Origin: Monocercomonoides exilis PA203
Taxonomy: Eukaryota > Protista > Preaxostyla
Length of the DNA: 64,000 nucleotides
Direction of reading: 5' to 3'
NCBI GenBank assembly: GCA_001643675.2
Contig: LSRY02000072.1
Span: 69,336-133,335 of the forward strand
Shown here: in pieces, positions 23,979-37,812 of the stretch
Layout: every line of letters begins with the position of its first letter
How positions within the stretch are numbered: position 1 is the stretch's first letter
The notes under the pieces: generated by a model
Told to the model about the DNA's origin: nothing
What the model saw: only the letters and a program-made list of their open reading frames with translations
Databases searched by the model: none
Translations under genes and position numbers: made by a program

Positions 23979-26767
23979 ATGTCATCCACCAGAAAACCGC
24001 TTAAAAAAGTTGTGGGCTCCGAGTTATCCGTTCCTGCAAACGGACAGGTAGATTTACAAAGGAAAGGCTACACTTCTTTCGAGGGAATGCCTTCCACGCA
24101 CAACATTTCCATTCTCTATCTTCGTATGCTTTTAATCTATAAACATTATATGTCTAACTATCCACTCCTCATTTTGAAAAAATAAACCTCTCTTATTTGT
24201 CGTTTTTTGCTTCCGAATTGCTTTTTTCGGCTATTTCAAAATTTTTTCGTTAAAACTTACATTAAAGAAATGAACCATTTCACGACATTTGATCACTTTC
24301 CCGTTCTATTGCATTTGAAGGAGTTGTACATGGCAGGCACTCAACTTGCTTCTTTACATGGTTTGCGAAAGCAGCCGCAAATCAAGTTGTTTGATTGCCA
24401 GCGAACTCCATTTTCCAAGAACCCTCATTTCAGATTGATGTGTATGCACTATTCCTTTATTCATATTAATATCAAAGAAAAAATTTTGGATTTATTTCTT
24501 TTTAGCTCTTATTTCATTTGGATCAACATTGTTCAAAATCAATGATGTTCCAATTACTTCGAAAGAACGAGGCGAAAGTGTTGTTTATGGTCCATTGCTT
24601 TATGACTTTCTCAACGAAGGATTTTTGATTCGCTCTGTTCCAGAAAAGCCAGTAACATTTTTCAAGATCAATGTAGATGATGAAAAAGTTTCAGATGGTT
24701 TGATAATTTTAAACTTGAAATGATGTATTTGCTATCTCCTATTTAAATAATATCAACATGCAATTCATAACATTTATCTATTTATTTTTAAAGCAATTTC
24801 TGGATACGTGGATATTGTTGCTTGCGAAAGGGAAGAAGCAAATCAAGCAATATACACCACCAGCACCGGAGAAACGCGCACACGAACGCTTACCCCGCCT
24901 CCAACCAGCTTTTCGTCCTCATCTCATTCATCTGTGCGACCATCGAGCGCACACAGAAGAATCGGTTCATCCGGCAGACTTTCACACAATCCGTCTTCTT
25001 CATCGATTTCTTCTCCTTCTCATTCTTCTTTGAGGCCTAAAACTTCTGCAAGTCTGGCAACACCAACAAAAAAGCAGATAGGAAAAATTCCATCTTCTGC
25101 GTCTGCGTCAGCATCCACCTCAAGTTTTGAGTCCCTTCCATCTCCCTCTCTCTCTCCCTCTCCATCATCTTCATCATTATCTCGCACGCCTTCCTCTTCA
25201 AGCACTGCATCCTCTTCATTGTCCAGCCACCAGCAATCAATTCAGCCACATGCGCTGAAATCTTCTCAGTCTGCTTCATCCACATCTTCCATCCAGCCTG
25301 TCCAACCAACCAGAACAAAGAAACTGATTTCCTCTCAACCACACAACAAGCCTTCCTCCTCCTCCTCCTCTTCTTCTTCTTCAAAAGCAGAGCACGTTCC
25401 AGCAAAGAAGAAAGCAGCCACTCAAAAGAAGGCTCCACGTTCTTCTGTTTCTTCTGCTGCTTCTCTGGCGACACCACAGCCAGCAGTGCCACACACATCA
25501 ACGTGGTTTTTCGAGTCAATCACAGACAGCCTGACAAAAATGGATGATGCACTTTTGAAGACATCGTTTCCGCTCTCTGAGATTGATCAGAAGGAAAAAG
25601 CAAGCGATGAGAAGAAGAATGAAGTTGAGGAAGGAGAGGAAGAAGAAGATGGAGAGGAAGGAGAAGGAGAAGGAGAAGGAGAAGAAGGGGATGAAGGGAG
25701 AAAAAGGAAAGAAATGAAAAAGAATGAAAGCCAAGCCAACGTTAGAAGGCAGAAGAAGCCAGACGCAGCGCTGTTTCGCGTGAAATTCACAGCGCCTGAC
25801 GAATACGACGGCGAAGGAATTGAATGCGAAGGCGAGACGAATGAAGACGGGACGAGGAGGAAGAAGGCAGCGAATGCGGTGTTGAGAGCAGGAGGATACA
25901 AAGATCATCTGCAGCTGGATGAGAAAGGAATCACGTGCCGTTGGATCAAGTCAGAAAACGACAAAAAGAAAGAGAAGGAAGAAAGAGAAAAGAGAAAGCT
26001 GAGGAGAAAAGAGAGAGAAAGCAAGAGGAGCGAAGAAGAAAGTGAAAGAATAAACAAAAAGGCGAAAGAGGTTGAAAGACCACAGCTGATCAAGAGAAAC
26101 AGAAGAAGGCCATCTTATTTTGATTTTGACTGGGAAAAGGAAGAGAAAGCGAGACAAGAGAAGTTGGCACAGAAAGGAGGTGAAACAAAAGACGATGATG
26201 ACGATGATGATTTTGATGATGATGATGACGAAGATGATGAAGGAAATGGAGAAGAAGCAGAAGATGATGAGATGTTGATGGATGCTGATGACGAAGAATT
26301 GGATGATGAGAACGAGTATCCGTTGGACGAAGTCAGATTTTCGTGGGGGCTGGTTAATAATGTATGCTCTTATTTTTAATCTTTTGATTTTATTTTATTT
26401 ATTAAAATTATGATAACAATTTCTATTTATTTACAAATATTTTAACTTATTCCACTTCCTTTCAACTTAACTATATCGAACACTATTTATTCATATTCCT
26501 CTTCCATTTACCATTTCCTTTTTTTCCATTTCTTCTTTCCTCTTTCTCTCCATCTCTCAGATCACTTCTTCATCGACCTCTGGCAACGACCCAGCCATCC
26601 TCACCGTCACCATCATCACTCCATCACGCATCCCCCACACGATGCAGAGCAGAAGCACTGTTTTCACCTCTTTCTCGTTTGAATGTGCTCATCCACGTTC
26701 AGTCATTCGCTGTGTGGACGAGTGGAAGAAGTGGAAGGAGGAGAGGGAAGGAGAAGGGAAAGTGTAA
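23979..26767 (+). CDS. Leucine-rich-repeat protein resembling the LRR region of AIR9, with a Ser-rich/acidic tail (multi-exon)
   Basis: LRRs (LKELYMAGTQLASLHGL) are followed by FGSTLFKINDVPITSKER...LYDFLNEGF, similar to the post-LRR segment of AIR9-type proteins. The final exon 26561-26767 ends in TAA. Confidence 0.65.
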
Positions 26768-27638
26768 AAATAAATAGATAAAGGAAGGAAGGAAGGAAGG
26801 AAAGAAGGATATATTTTATTTTGTGAAAATTCACATACTTTCTTTTGGAAATGTTTACTGATTTGTATTTTTTTGTTGTTTGGTATTCATCAAAGACGAA
26901 TAAAAGTTAATGCTTCGATTTATCGAATGACTCACTTATCGACTTCTTTTTTGTATTCTCATTGCATTTTTGACCTCTTTCTCATTTCTCTATTGATTGT
27001 CTGCGAGTATTTTTGCTTACAATTATTTTATCTGCTTTTTTCCCTCTTCACTACAAAATGATTCAATTCACTATCTCTAATATTTTTATGAGTATTCCTC
27101 TAATAATAATTTGTATGTACTACAAACACTCAAAGTTATTTATATATACATTAAATTCCACAAAAATATGATTTTTAATAAATCATTTTATTTATTTTTG
27201 TGAAATTTCAAAATAAGGAATTATGATTGAATTGAAAAAACTATTAATATCATTTCTCTTCTTTCATTGTCAATGAATCAAATCTTCCTTTAAAAGCTTA
27301 ATTCCAAAGCAAACAAACGAAAAATTCAATAAACGCAATGGGAAGAAGAGTTGCTCAACAATAAAACTGTTTGCTCATTATAAACAAAGCAGAATTCAAA
27401 AAATCAAGAGCAAAGAAATTTATCTGACTTTTGAATATAAAAAAATGTTAAATCGAAAAGAAACATTAAACAAAAAATAATTTGTAACAGTAAGGCTCTT
27501 TAAATCCTTTTTCGATACAATAAAATAAACATTATAATCATTTGTAATATAACCATTAAGTATGGCATTTCATGTTTTTATATTCGAAATTATTAATAAC
27601 CCAATATTAAATATTCTTATTTTTCAATCTTGTTTGCT

Positions 27639-30600
27639 TCACATAAGATTCATTTGCATTTTCAGCATATAATTCATTCTTTCATTTCGTCTTCGGTGTC
27701 TTTCTATTTTGTCTGGTTTGATTCTCTTTTTCTTCGCATTCACACTGAAAATATCAAAAATCCACATTTTTTTCATTTCAGATGGAGTTTTGAGCAAACA
27801 CATTTCCTTCTCAAAATTCATCTTTTGCTTCAAAATTTGCTTTCGATTTTCTTTTTCTTTTGTTTGACTCAACACGAAATGACATCGATACAATTCATTT
27901 TCTTTCTTTGGAATCAATTTTTGTGGAAATGTTGCAGATAATTTTTCTTCAATATTTTTATTTGAAATATGAATTCTATCTTCTTCTTCTCCTTCTTTTT
28001 CTATTTCATTTCTTTTCATCATTTCTTCTTTCTTTTGTGAATCCTCCTTATGACATGCTCCTGTTTCTTCCTCTTTTCCATTCCCTTCTTCTTCTTCTTC
28101 TTCTTCTTTTGTTCCTTTTCTCTTATTTGTGCTTAATATTTTATTACCCTTCATCTGATAATACTTAGCCATCAAATAATTGTATATTGATCCACACACA
28201 ACAACAGAACATTCATCTGCCTTTCCCGTTTTATTTGAAAGAAGCTTAATAAACCCTTCTTCATTCTCACTTTCTTCTTCTTTTTCATTCAAAAAATGGA
28301 AAGAATTCTGTTTACTTATCACAGGAACACAACTTGTGCATTCATTGAGCCAATCAAACGAAGAAAATGGATTTTGCAAATAATTCGAAATTTGCAGAGC
28401 TGATGAAGAATAAGATGGTTGCTTTTCTGTCGGATGAAACAGAATGTTTGTTTGAATTGGCGAATTTTTAAGTTTGAGAAATTTCTTGTTTGCAAATGAA
28501 AAGTCTTCACTTTCATGTTTATTTTTGAAATTAGAAGAAGAAAATTTGCTTCCAAATACTGCATTTATTCCTTTCTCTTTCTTTTCCTTTGAAGAAGAAG
28601 CATTTTCCGTTCTGTTATTGTTGCTCCAATCACATTTCGCCACATGTTCATTCTTCTTCCTCCTCTTCTTCGCCTCCTTCTCTCTCTCCTTCACATAGTT
28701 GACAATATACATTTCCACTTGGGACAAACCTTTCATATTCTCTTCTTCTTCTCTTTCTTTCTCTTTCTCTGCGATTTTCTTCGCAATCCGTTCAATTTCT
28801 TCTTCACTTTCATTCACATCCAATTTTTCCTTTCTTTCTGCAAACGCAATTTTCAGTTCTTCTTCAGTCAAACCAACTTCTTCCTCAAAATTCCCATTTT
28901 CGCCCTGTTTTTTACTCTCTCCCATATAATCTGCATCACTCATCATTGATAATTCCGCTTTTCGCCACATTTCTTTTTCTTCCGGCAAAGTCGCCCAATC
29001 TTTGAATATCCATCTCCCAAACAGCTTGGCGTATCTTTTAGCTTCGACAATCTGCTTTTTCACCAGTTTTTTCTGTTCTTTCCTCATTTTCCCTTCAAAA
29101 TCCTCATTTTTCATTGAAAAAACAGAAGCTCTAAGCTCATTCCGTTCATTATCATCTTCATCAATATCGTTCATTTCCCTCTTTTCTTCCACTTCTTCTT
29201 CTCCTTCTTCATTTCCCTCCTTCTCTTTCCCATCCTTCGCACCTCCTCCTCCTCCTCCTCTCCTCGCACACACAAACAATTCGTTCTTCCCCATCGCATT
29301 CCCCACGCTCAGCATCAGCCCCACATCCTCTTTTCTCCACTTCTCTTTCATCGTCTCTTCTCTTCGCTCTGCCAAAAGTGACACCTTCACCCCGTCAATC
29401 ACATAGTCAATGTCCCAACAGAACTCCCGCTGCTTCATCGCCCCGGGCTTCCACTCAGAAATAAGCGCTTTCGGAGAAATATGATCGTCTTCAGCTATTT
29501 CTCCGATATTTTCCTCTGAACTTTGTGGGACATTTTCGGTTTCTTCTTCTTCTTCTTCTTCTTTGCTCAATGTTCCTGTGCCCATTGTTTGTTTTGAAGT
29601 TCCATGAATTTCACTTGAAATGAGTGATTTACCTGAAAGCATGTCTTTTGAGTTCAATTCATTTGAAGATAAGATTGCATGTTTATTCACAGTGTTTTCC
29701 GTATTTGGAACAATTTCATTGAATTTCCCAGTGTCTGCTCCCTGTTCATCATGAATTCCAATAGAATGCGATGAATATTCAAATGGCAACACACAGCTGC
29801 GATAGAGTGGCTGCGAACAAATTGTATTTAATTTGGTTGTTTCATTATGATTGGTGCAATTCATCTCATTCTTTGCTTTCAAAGTCGAATTGAAGTTGAC
29901 TGTTGACTTTTCATCCTTATTTTTAATTTCTTTGTACAAACTTTCTCTTCGTAGCTCTTCAAATAAATCTTGTTCTGTCATGAAATAATCTGGTTGATCT
30001 TCTGGACGTATTTTCAGTTTTTCAAACCGTTTTGCCTGTTCGGTTTTACCTCCAAAATCCACCCCAGAAAACACTTTGGTATCCAACTTTTCATTTTTCA
30101 TTTTGATTTTTGTTTCTTTTTCAGTTGGTGATAAATGTGAAGAATTTCGATTTGAAACTGGATTGAAATCAATCTTTTCGCTCTCATCATCACATAAACT
30201 GAAAGAGAGCACAGAAAATTTCGAATAAGATGCATGAAAAGAAGCAAGGTGATTTTTCTTCAATTCAGATTTAAATTCATTTGAATCAGAATGACTTGGT
30301 AAAGGCTTTGAATTTTTTTCTGATGAATGGCGCAGAAAATCAAACGGTGATGAAGAAGCAGTAGCAATTGAAGGCTGGACGCATGTTGATTGTATATGAT
30401 TACGTTGAAATGACCCGCTTCTACCAAAATTTTCAGTCTTAAATTTGCTTAAATTCTCCAAATATGAAGAACGAGATTTTGAATCTTCAAGAAAGTTTTC
30501 AGAAGTAAAATTTCGTGAAGAAACTGAATAAGAATATTTGCATGATGGTTGCTTTGAAGCGTATAGATGAGAGGTTGAATATTCATCATTCAGTAACTTT

Positions 30601-30725
30601 GAGCAACATTATTCAAAAACCAGAAAAACACAATATATCACAATTAAAAAATTGCAACACTAATTCATAACTATTAAATAAAAGCTTTATACCATATTGA
30701 GATCTAATTTCGAAAATTTACTCAT
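27639..30725 (-). CDS. Hypothetical Glu/Lys-rich protein (about 1000 aa)
   Basis: 940-aa ORF 27639-30461 is open further upstream. A short first exon MSKFSKLDLNM starts at ATG 30725, with an intron at about 30598-30692. Confidence 0.7.
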
Positions 30726-30825
30726 TCTTTTCTCAAATTAAACGAGCATCAATAAACATTGTTCTGATCTTTGATCCCATTACAGAATGAAGACATTAAG
30801 GTGAAGAGAAACTCTTGGATTTTAA

Positions 30826-32358
30826 ATGATACGAAGTTTATTTAAGGAGAAAAAACAATTTGTTTCTGTTTGTATTCATTATTTTTAAAACTAATTGAGT
30901 AAAATTATTGCGTAATATATTAAAATTATTGCTCAATATTGTTATTTTAACATTTTAAGTTTCTTGCGCCAATGGTGCGTTATTCTCGATTACCTTTTCG
31001 CTTACTGTGCCTAAAATGTGGAGTTGACGTTGTTTATTCTCCAATGTTTGTTGCTGAAGGATTCATTCGATCACAAAAAGCTCGAGATGCTGATTTTTTA
31101 ACAACACAAACGGAAAAAGACAAACTGATTGTTCAATTCGCAGGTTTATTGTTCTTAATTGCTTGGTTATTTATTTTATTTATATTTTTATTATTTCGTT
31201 CGGTGATTTTTCGTTATCAAAATAATAAGCTTGCAATGCGGAAATTCTTACAAAAGCAAGCAGTATAGTTGCAAATTATTGCAGTGGAGTTGACTTGAAT
31301 TGTGGATGCCCTCAAAAGTGGGCAATGGCTGAGGGATATGGATCTGAAATGCTTAATCATCCAGACATTATTCAAGATTGTGTAAGATCTGTCAGATGTA
31401 ACATACCTAATCTACCAATATCTGTGAAGATTCGAATTTGCATTTCTAACAGAGAAACAATGAAAAATGCAGGAAAACCAAAAACCGATGGAGAAATGGA
31501 AAAGGACATGTTTAATGGCGGAGACATGACAAAAACGTTGGAATTAGTGAAAGTAATAGAGAATGCTGGGGCTGGTGTGTTCGAAATAAGCAATTTTCTG
31601 GAATTTGTTTCTTTGTACTAAAAATGCATCAAATAAAACGTTAAAAGCTGTTTTGTGAAAATGCCTCTAATTTAGTTAATTTTTTATTTTTTACGTTAAA
31701 TATTTTGTGTGGTTATTCATGCACAATAATGCCATTTCTTATCTTTTTTTTTCATTATTTTTCCATCAAAATTTCTCTTAGATTACATAACCATTCACGG
31801 AAGGACCTGTCTGAATGCATCTGCGTCTTCATCAGTTTCTCTTGAGGCCATTAAAATGGTGAAGGAAACAGCCTCAATTCCAGTTGTGGCAAATGGAGAT
31901 GTCTTCTCTTTGGAGAAAGCAATCTATACGAAGGAGCAAACTGGAGTGTGCAAAAGATTATTTTTATTTATACATTCATTAATTTTACTTTATTTAATTA
32001 ATTCATTTTTAAACATAATAATTATATGTGTAATTCTATTTATCCATTTATTTTATTTTATTTTATTTTTTTATTTTTTTATTTCATTCATTTCAATCAT
32101 CACCAGGTCGATGGCATCATGTCTGCCCGTGGTCTCCTCCAAAATCCAGCCTTTTTCACTGGATGCCCCAGGCCTCCATTAAGCGTCTTCACTGACTTCT
32201 ACAAGCTTGCTGTTGATTACACGCTCCCTTTCAAGCTCTTGCACAACCACACAATGATGATGGCATTTCCTCTCCTTTCAAAATCAGAAAGACAAACTTT
32301 GTCTATGTGCAACTCGCCTTCGATGCTTTTTGACATCTGCAAGGAGCTTATTTGGTGA
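30826..32358 (+). CDS. DUS4: tRNA-dihydrouridine synthase, DUS4-like (multi-exon)
   Basis: APMVRYSRLPFRLL, YSPM, LIVQFA, DLNCGCPQKWAMAEGYG, SVKIRI, ITIHGRT, PVVANGDV and DGIMSARGLLQNPAFF are characteristic of the DUS4/DUS4L subfamily. The start codon is approximate. Confidence 0.9.
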
Positions 32359-32853
32359 AGGATTTTGAATAGGTTTTTAATTTAATGTTATCAATGAGGA
32401 GATTTGTTTATATTTAAAAGGTGGACGTTGGGAAGATGTTTTTAAGATTTTTGATTTTTATAAAAATCATTAAAGGAATTTACAAAATTATAAATAACAA
32501 TGTATAAATAACTTCAATCGAAATATTTTTAAAGCAAGCTGCAGCTTTTATAAAACAAGTTTAGGTTGTTACAAGCATCCTTTTTAAAAACATCCTTTTT
32601 AAAATGTTATTTAAAAAATGCTCTTCAAAACAATACTGCTTTCATTATTAACGTGAGATCAATATTTCACAGTGTGAAGGAAAGCAAATCATAAATTAAT
32701 AATAAAAATAAAAGTTTTTGTCTTTTTATTATTAACAATTTGTTTTTAAAGTATATAGAAAAATATGGAAAAGTATATTCATTTCCCTGAAAAATCATTT
32801 GATCAATGTCATAACATAATTTGAATAATAAAAGGTTGTTTTAATTGCTGATT

Positions 32854-34459
32854 ATGCCGCCTGGGGACTATCCAGACGCTATCGAAGTTATTCCAAGTAT
32901 CCAATTATTTTTTATGAAATTATAATATATTTATTGTTTATTTATTTTGTGTACATTTTCATAATTTTAATTTATTAAAGATCGGCTTTATTACGTTTCT
33001 TTGAACTCTACACCAGAAGAAACAGAAACAGAAAGATTTTTTACTACTGACTCGTCACTTGTATATCGCCCATTTTCTTCAGATTTTGGGCCATTGAATC
33101 TTTCTTGCGTTTTTCGATTTTGCGATACAATCCAAAAAGTATTGAAGGTATACAAGAAAGTTGCTTTTAATATGTGATTCACTGATTTTGATTTTAACTT
33201 TTATTCAATTTTATAATATTCCCGACACATTTATTTCATTTAGGATACCGAAGATAAAGGAATTACATTTTATTACTATTCAAGCTTTGATGGGCATAAA
33301 CGATCAAATGCAGCCTTTTTAATGGCTTCATATATAGTAATGTGTCTTGGCAAAACTCCAGAAGAAGCAATTTTGCCGTTTTCGCAGATGTATCCTCCTC
33401 TGCCTCCTTTTCGTGATGCGTCAGTTGGACTTTCAACAATGAATCTCACAGTCGTTGACTGTCTTAAAGGCCTTTACAAAGGTTACAACTGCGGGTTTTT
33501 TGATCTTTCAACATTCAATCACCAAGAGTTTGTTATTTTTCAGTAATATTTAAAAAATCAATTATATCATTTTCTTTTTTTTCTGCTTCTTAGATATGAA
33601 TATTATGAGAAATGTGAAAATGGAGAAATTAATTGGATTGTACCAAACAAAATCTTAGCATTTCCTTCACCAACACACACCGATGTTGTCACGCCATTTG
33701 GGATAATTTCACATTGCCCCGAGTTTTTTGTCGACTTGTTTATTTCCTGGAATGTGACGTGTGTCATCCGCCTGAACAACAAGCTCTACGACTCCCGGAA
33801 GTTCACAATGAAAGGCATCGACCACCACGACCTGTACTTCGACGACGGCTCCGTCCCATCTCTGGACATTGTGGAGCGGTTTTTGTCGATCGTCTCCTCA
33901 GCGCGGGGGGCTGTGGCTGTGCACTGCAAAGCTGGGCTGGGGAGGACGGGGACGCTGATTGGGTGCTGCCTGATGAGAGACTACGGCTTCACGGCGACAG
34001 AGGCGATTGCGTGGCTGAGGATGTGCAGGCCGGGGAGTGTGGTTGGCGCGCAGCAGCACTTTCTGAAGGAGATGGAGGAGAAGTACAGAGAAGAGGAAGA
34101 AGAGGGGGAAAGAGAGAGGGAAAGAGAAAGAGGGTATATGATGGGAAACAACAGAGGAAGAAGCAGGAGCATTGATGATGGATACCGCAGTGATGGAGGG
34201 TGTTTGAGTTTTGAGAGGGAAGAAGGGAATCAGTTTGGCGAGTTTGGTGAGATGGGAGAGGATGTGTTTGGAGGAGAAGGAGGGGATCATTGGGTGAGGG
34301 AAGACGAAGAGGCAGAGATGGGAATGGGAACGGGAACGGGAATGGAAGGAGAAAGAGAAGGAGAAAGAAGGAATTCGGCAAGTGTGTTATTTGAAATATT
34401 TTGAGAGAAAGAGAGAGAGAGAAAGAGAAAGAGAAAGAGAAAGAGAGAAAGAGAAAGAG

Positions 34460-34520
<61 letters not shown>

Positions 34521-36836
34521 AGAGAGAAAGAGAAAGAGAAAGAAAAGGATTGTATTGCTTTTCTGTTGAGCTCATTTATTTTTTTTTTCCATTTATTTTC
34601 TTTCATTTTTTTTCAAAATTTAATATTTTGTTTTTTTTTTAACCCACCTTAATAACAAACAGGCAAATCTTCTCGCTCTCTTTCATCTGGCCACTCACAA
34701 ACACATCACTCTCCATTCCAATCAATGCCTTCTTCTTCTTCTTCTTCTTCTTCTTCTTCATTTCCCCCTGAAATTTCTCCTCTTTCCTCCTCCTCTTCCT
34801 CTTCTCCCTCTTCTTCTTCCTCTTCCTTCCCTCTCTCTCGCTCCTCCCTCCGTTCTCAAAGCCAGCCACGTTCAATGTCTTCTTCCCATTCAACAAACAA
34901 ACGCCAAACAAAAACAAAGTTTCCATTCACTCCTCAATTGACAAGACAATTGTCTTCTCAACAGAGCAATGGAATGAATGCAAACAATACAAATGCTTTT
35001 GTTTCTTCTTCTTCTTCTTCTTCTTCTTCTTCCTATCCTTCTCGTCTCGGTTTAAATTCTCTTCCCCCTCTCTCTTCCGTCTCTTCTCTCTCTTCTTCCC
35101 AACAGCTCATTCCTCCTCCTCCTTCTTCTGCTCTTTCTTCCTCTTCCTCTTCTTTCTCTTCCAATCCACGTAACACACCCTCTTCTGCCACTTCACATTC
35201 ACCTCACTCTTATTCATTTCCTTCTTCTTCTTCTTCTTCTTCTTCTTTCTCCTCTTCTTCCTCTTCCTCCTCCTCTTCCTCTTCCTCTCCATTCACTGCA
35301 ATGATCCGCACAGCCTCTATTCTCCAGAGCAGAGAAGGCATTCACCGCCCTTCTTCTCCGCCTGCACTCGAAAGAGAAAGAGAAAGAGAAATCCAAAGAG
35401 AAAGAGAAAATGATAGAAAAAGAGATAAAATGACAGAAAGAGAAAGAGAAAGAGAAAGAGAAAGAGAGAGCGAAAAGAAGAAGAGTTTAGCTTATCATTC
35501 GCGTGCTGCTTATTCGTCGCCAGCTGCCGATCACATTCTTCATTCACACGGAAGAAAGAGAGAAAGCTATCGAAATAATAATAATAATAATAATAATAAT
35601 ATCAATGTTAACTCGAATGCTGGCACATCTTCTGCTATTTTGATGCTCTCTTCGATGCCCCTTTCTGCTTTGAATAATGACAATCTAATTTCTTCTTCTT
35701 CTTCTTCTTCCTCTTCTTTTCAAGCAAACCCTGCTGCTGCTTCGTTTGATGAGCTGGTTAGAGCTGAAACAATATGTGCTTCTTCTTCTCTTTCTCCTTC
35801 TTCCTCTTCCCCTTCCTCCTCTTCCTCTTCTCCTTCTTCTTCTTCTTCTAATTCTTCATTCATCACCACCCCTTCCTCTTCTCCTTCTTCTTCTCTCCCC
35901 TCGTTCCCTTCCACAAATCCTTCAGATGACATCTCAAAATCTTCTTTTCCTTCTTCTTTTCCTTCTTCTTCTATTTCTTCTTCTTCTTCTTCTTCTTCTT
36001 CTTCCTTCTCTTCCTCCTTCAAGAACTCCAGGCCTTCCACTTCTTATCTCTCTCTTCGCCAGCCGCCTCTTCTCACTCAAAATGCTGCTGCTTCCTCGCC
36101 TTCTTCGCCTTCTTCCTCTTCTTCTTTCCTTCCTTCTTCTTCTTCTTCTATTTCCTCTTCTTCCTTTGATCAGTTATCATCTACTGCCTTTGCAAACCCA
36201 ACAGCATTTTCATCTTCAATCATTGGAATGTCTTCTTCTTCTTCTTCTCCATCTTCTTCGTCTTCTTCTTATTCATCTTCCATTTCACAACCATCATCAT
36301 CATCATCTTCTTCTTCTTCTTCCTCTTCCTCTTCCTCTTCCTCTTTCCTTCCAACTGGTTATGTGCCCACACGTGCATATTCTTCCATCCGCCCTTCAAA
36401 AACACCCTCTGCAAACTCTTCTTGTCTGCCTTCGTCGCTTCGCAAAGGAAAGATTTCAGCTTCTTCCCTTTCCCAATCAAGAACATATCATCATCCTTCT
36501 TCTTCTCTTTCTTCTTCTTCTAATTCTTCCTTCTCAGTTGATTCATTGCCTTCTTTCCCCTCTGCCAGCTCTTCTTCTTCTTCTTCTTCTTCCTCTTCCT
36601 CTTCCTCTCATCCGGCAAAGACAGCGCTGATTCGAATGACTTCTGATGCACAAAAAGCACAAAAAACACAAAAAACACAAAAAACACAAAAAACACAAGC
36701 AATTTCGAAAACAATGCAGACACCGCTGATATCAATCCATTTTGAGCCATCGTCCAATCCTCTGACATCCATAATTTCTCCGGGGACGAACTCACGCACA
36801 ATAATTATTCCGAACAGCGGATTTTCGCCTGTTTGA
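32854..36836 (+). CDS. CDC14: CDC14 dual-specificity phosphatase with a ~700-aa Ser-rich C-terminal extension
   Basis: YRPFSSDFGPLNL, KRSNAAFL, PFRDAS, YEYYEKCENGEINWIVPNK, VIRLNNKLYD, DLYFDDGSVP and the catalytic HCKAGLGRTG...RPGSVVG.QQ.FL. The last intron (about 34383-34661) joins ORF 34725-36836. Confidence 0.95.
34403..34547 (+). repeat. Intronic purine microsatellite (AGAGAA)n/(AAAG)n/(AG)n
   Basis: Directly visible tandem repeats inside the last CDC14 intron. Confidence 0.9.
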
Positions 36837-37481
36837 AATGGCAAAATAGAAGCACGTACAACATTGCTCTTTCAAATGAAAATAAAAATAAAAATAAAAA
36901 TTAAAACCATCAAAAAATGATTGTGAATGTGATGTGTTAAATACAAAATAATCTTTGAAATTCTGTTATTTTGTAACATAAAATGACTATCATTCATTTC
37001 ACATTTTTTTTGTATTTTTTGTTTCTTTTTCACAATTGTATCTTTTTTTAATTACAAGTTTGCAATTCTTATTTTGGCTATTTTTGCAATCAGTGACTAA
37101 AAGTTGGCATTTATGCTGATGCATCACATGAGACATTGAAAAGCAGTAAGTTCATCAAATCAAAAATAAAGCCAACAAAACACAAAAATATCCAATTGAA
37201 TCATGTTTTCTTAAAAGTGCGTTATTAAATTCTCGAATTAGAAATTCATTTTCATGTGTCACATTTTCTGTTTTGTTTGGAATTTTAAAAGCGAAAATAA
37301 CTGTATCATGAACATTTCTCGTGAAACAACTTATAAAAATAAAATGTCTCAAAAATAAATTGCTGTACTTGATTTTTAATAAGTGGAAATAGTGTTCATA
37401 TCAAAAGGAATGTTTTATATTTGCATTTTGAGATGTTTATTTGAAAAACATAAAAATTATTAAAAAAGAGAAAAAAATTCG

Positions 37482-37564
37482 GCCACCACAGGAATAGTAC
37501 CTGCAACATGCAACGTAATTCAAACATTTTACTCACATGTTGCACGTGTTACTCCTGTGATGAC
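37482..37564. other. Isolated imperfect hairpin: 29-bp arms, 25-nt loop
   Basis: gccaccacaggaatagtacctgcaacatg (37482-37510) versus catgttgcacgtgttactcctgtgatgac (37536-37564): 23/29 Watson-Crick pairs. Confidence 0.7.
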
Positions 37565-37812
37565 AACAGAAAGTTCTTTCATTTGCCATTTAAAATAAAC
37601 CAATTGGATCGATCAAAAAAAAATTTCAATAAAAAATATTCTTCATTTCTCAATTATTGTTTGCAAAATTCATTTAAGGATATCTTAATATAAAGAATTA
37701 ATGTTGTGCATTTATTCCAATAACATTTTCAGTTAATAAAAAATAAACTTTGTGAACTTGATTTTTTTTGAGAAATAACCATAATGAAACTTGTGATGTT
37801 TGATGGATAAAA

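Noticed and set aside
6492-36836. Functional cell-cycle cluster (CKS1, AIR9-like, GSKIP, CDC14)
   Set aside because: The genes are spread over 30 kb among unrelated genes, with no evidence beyond chance.
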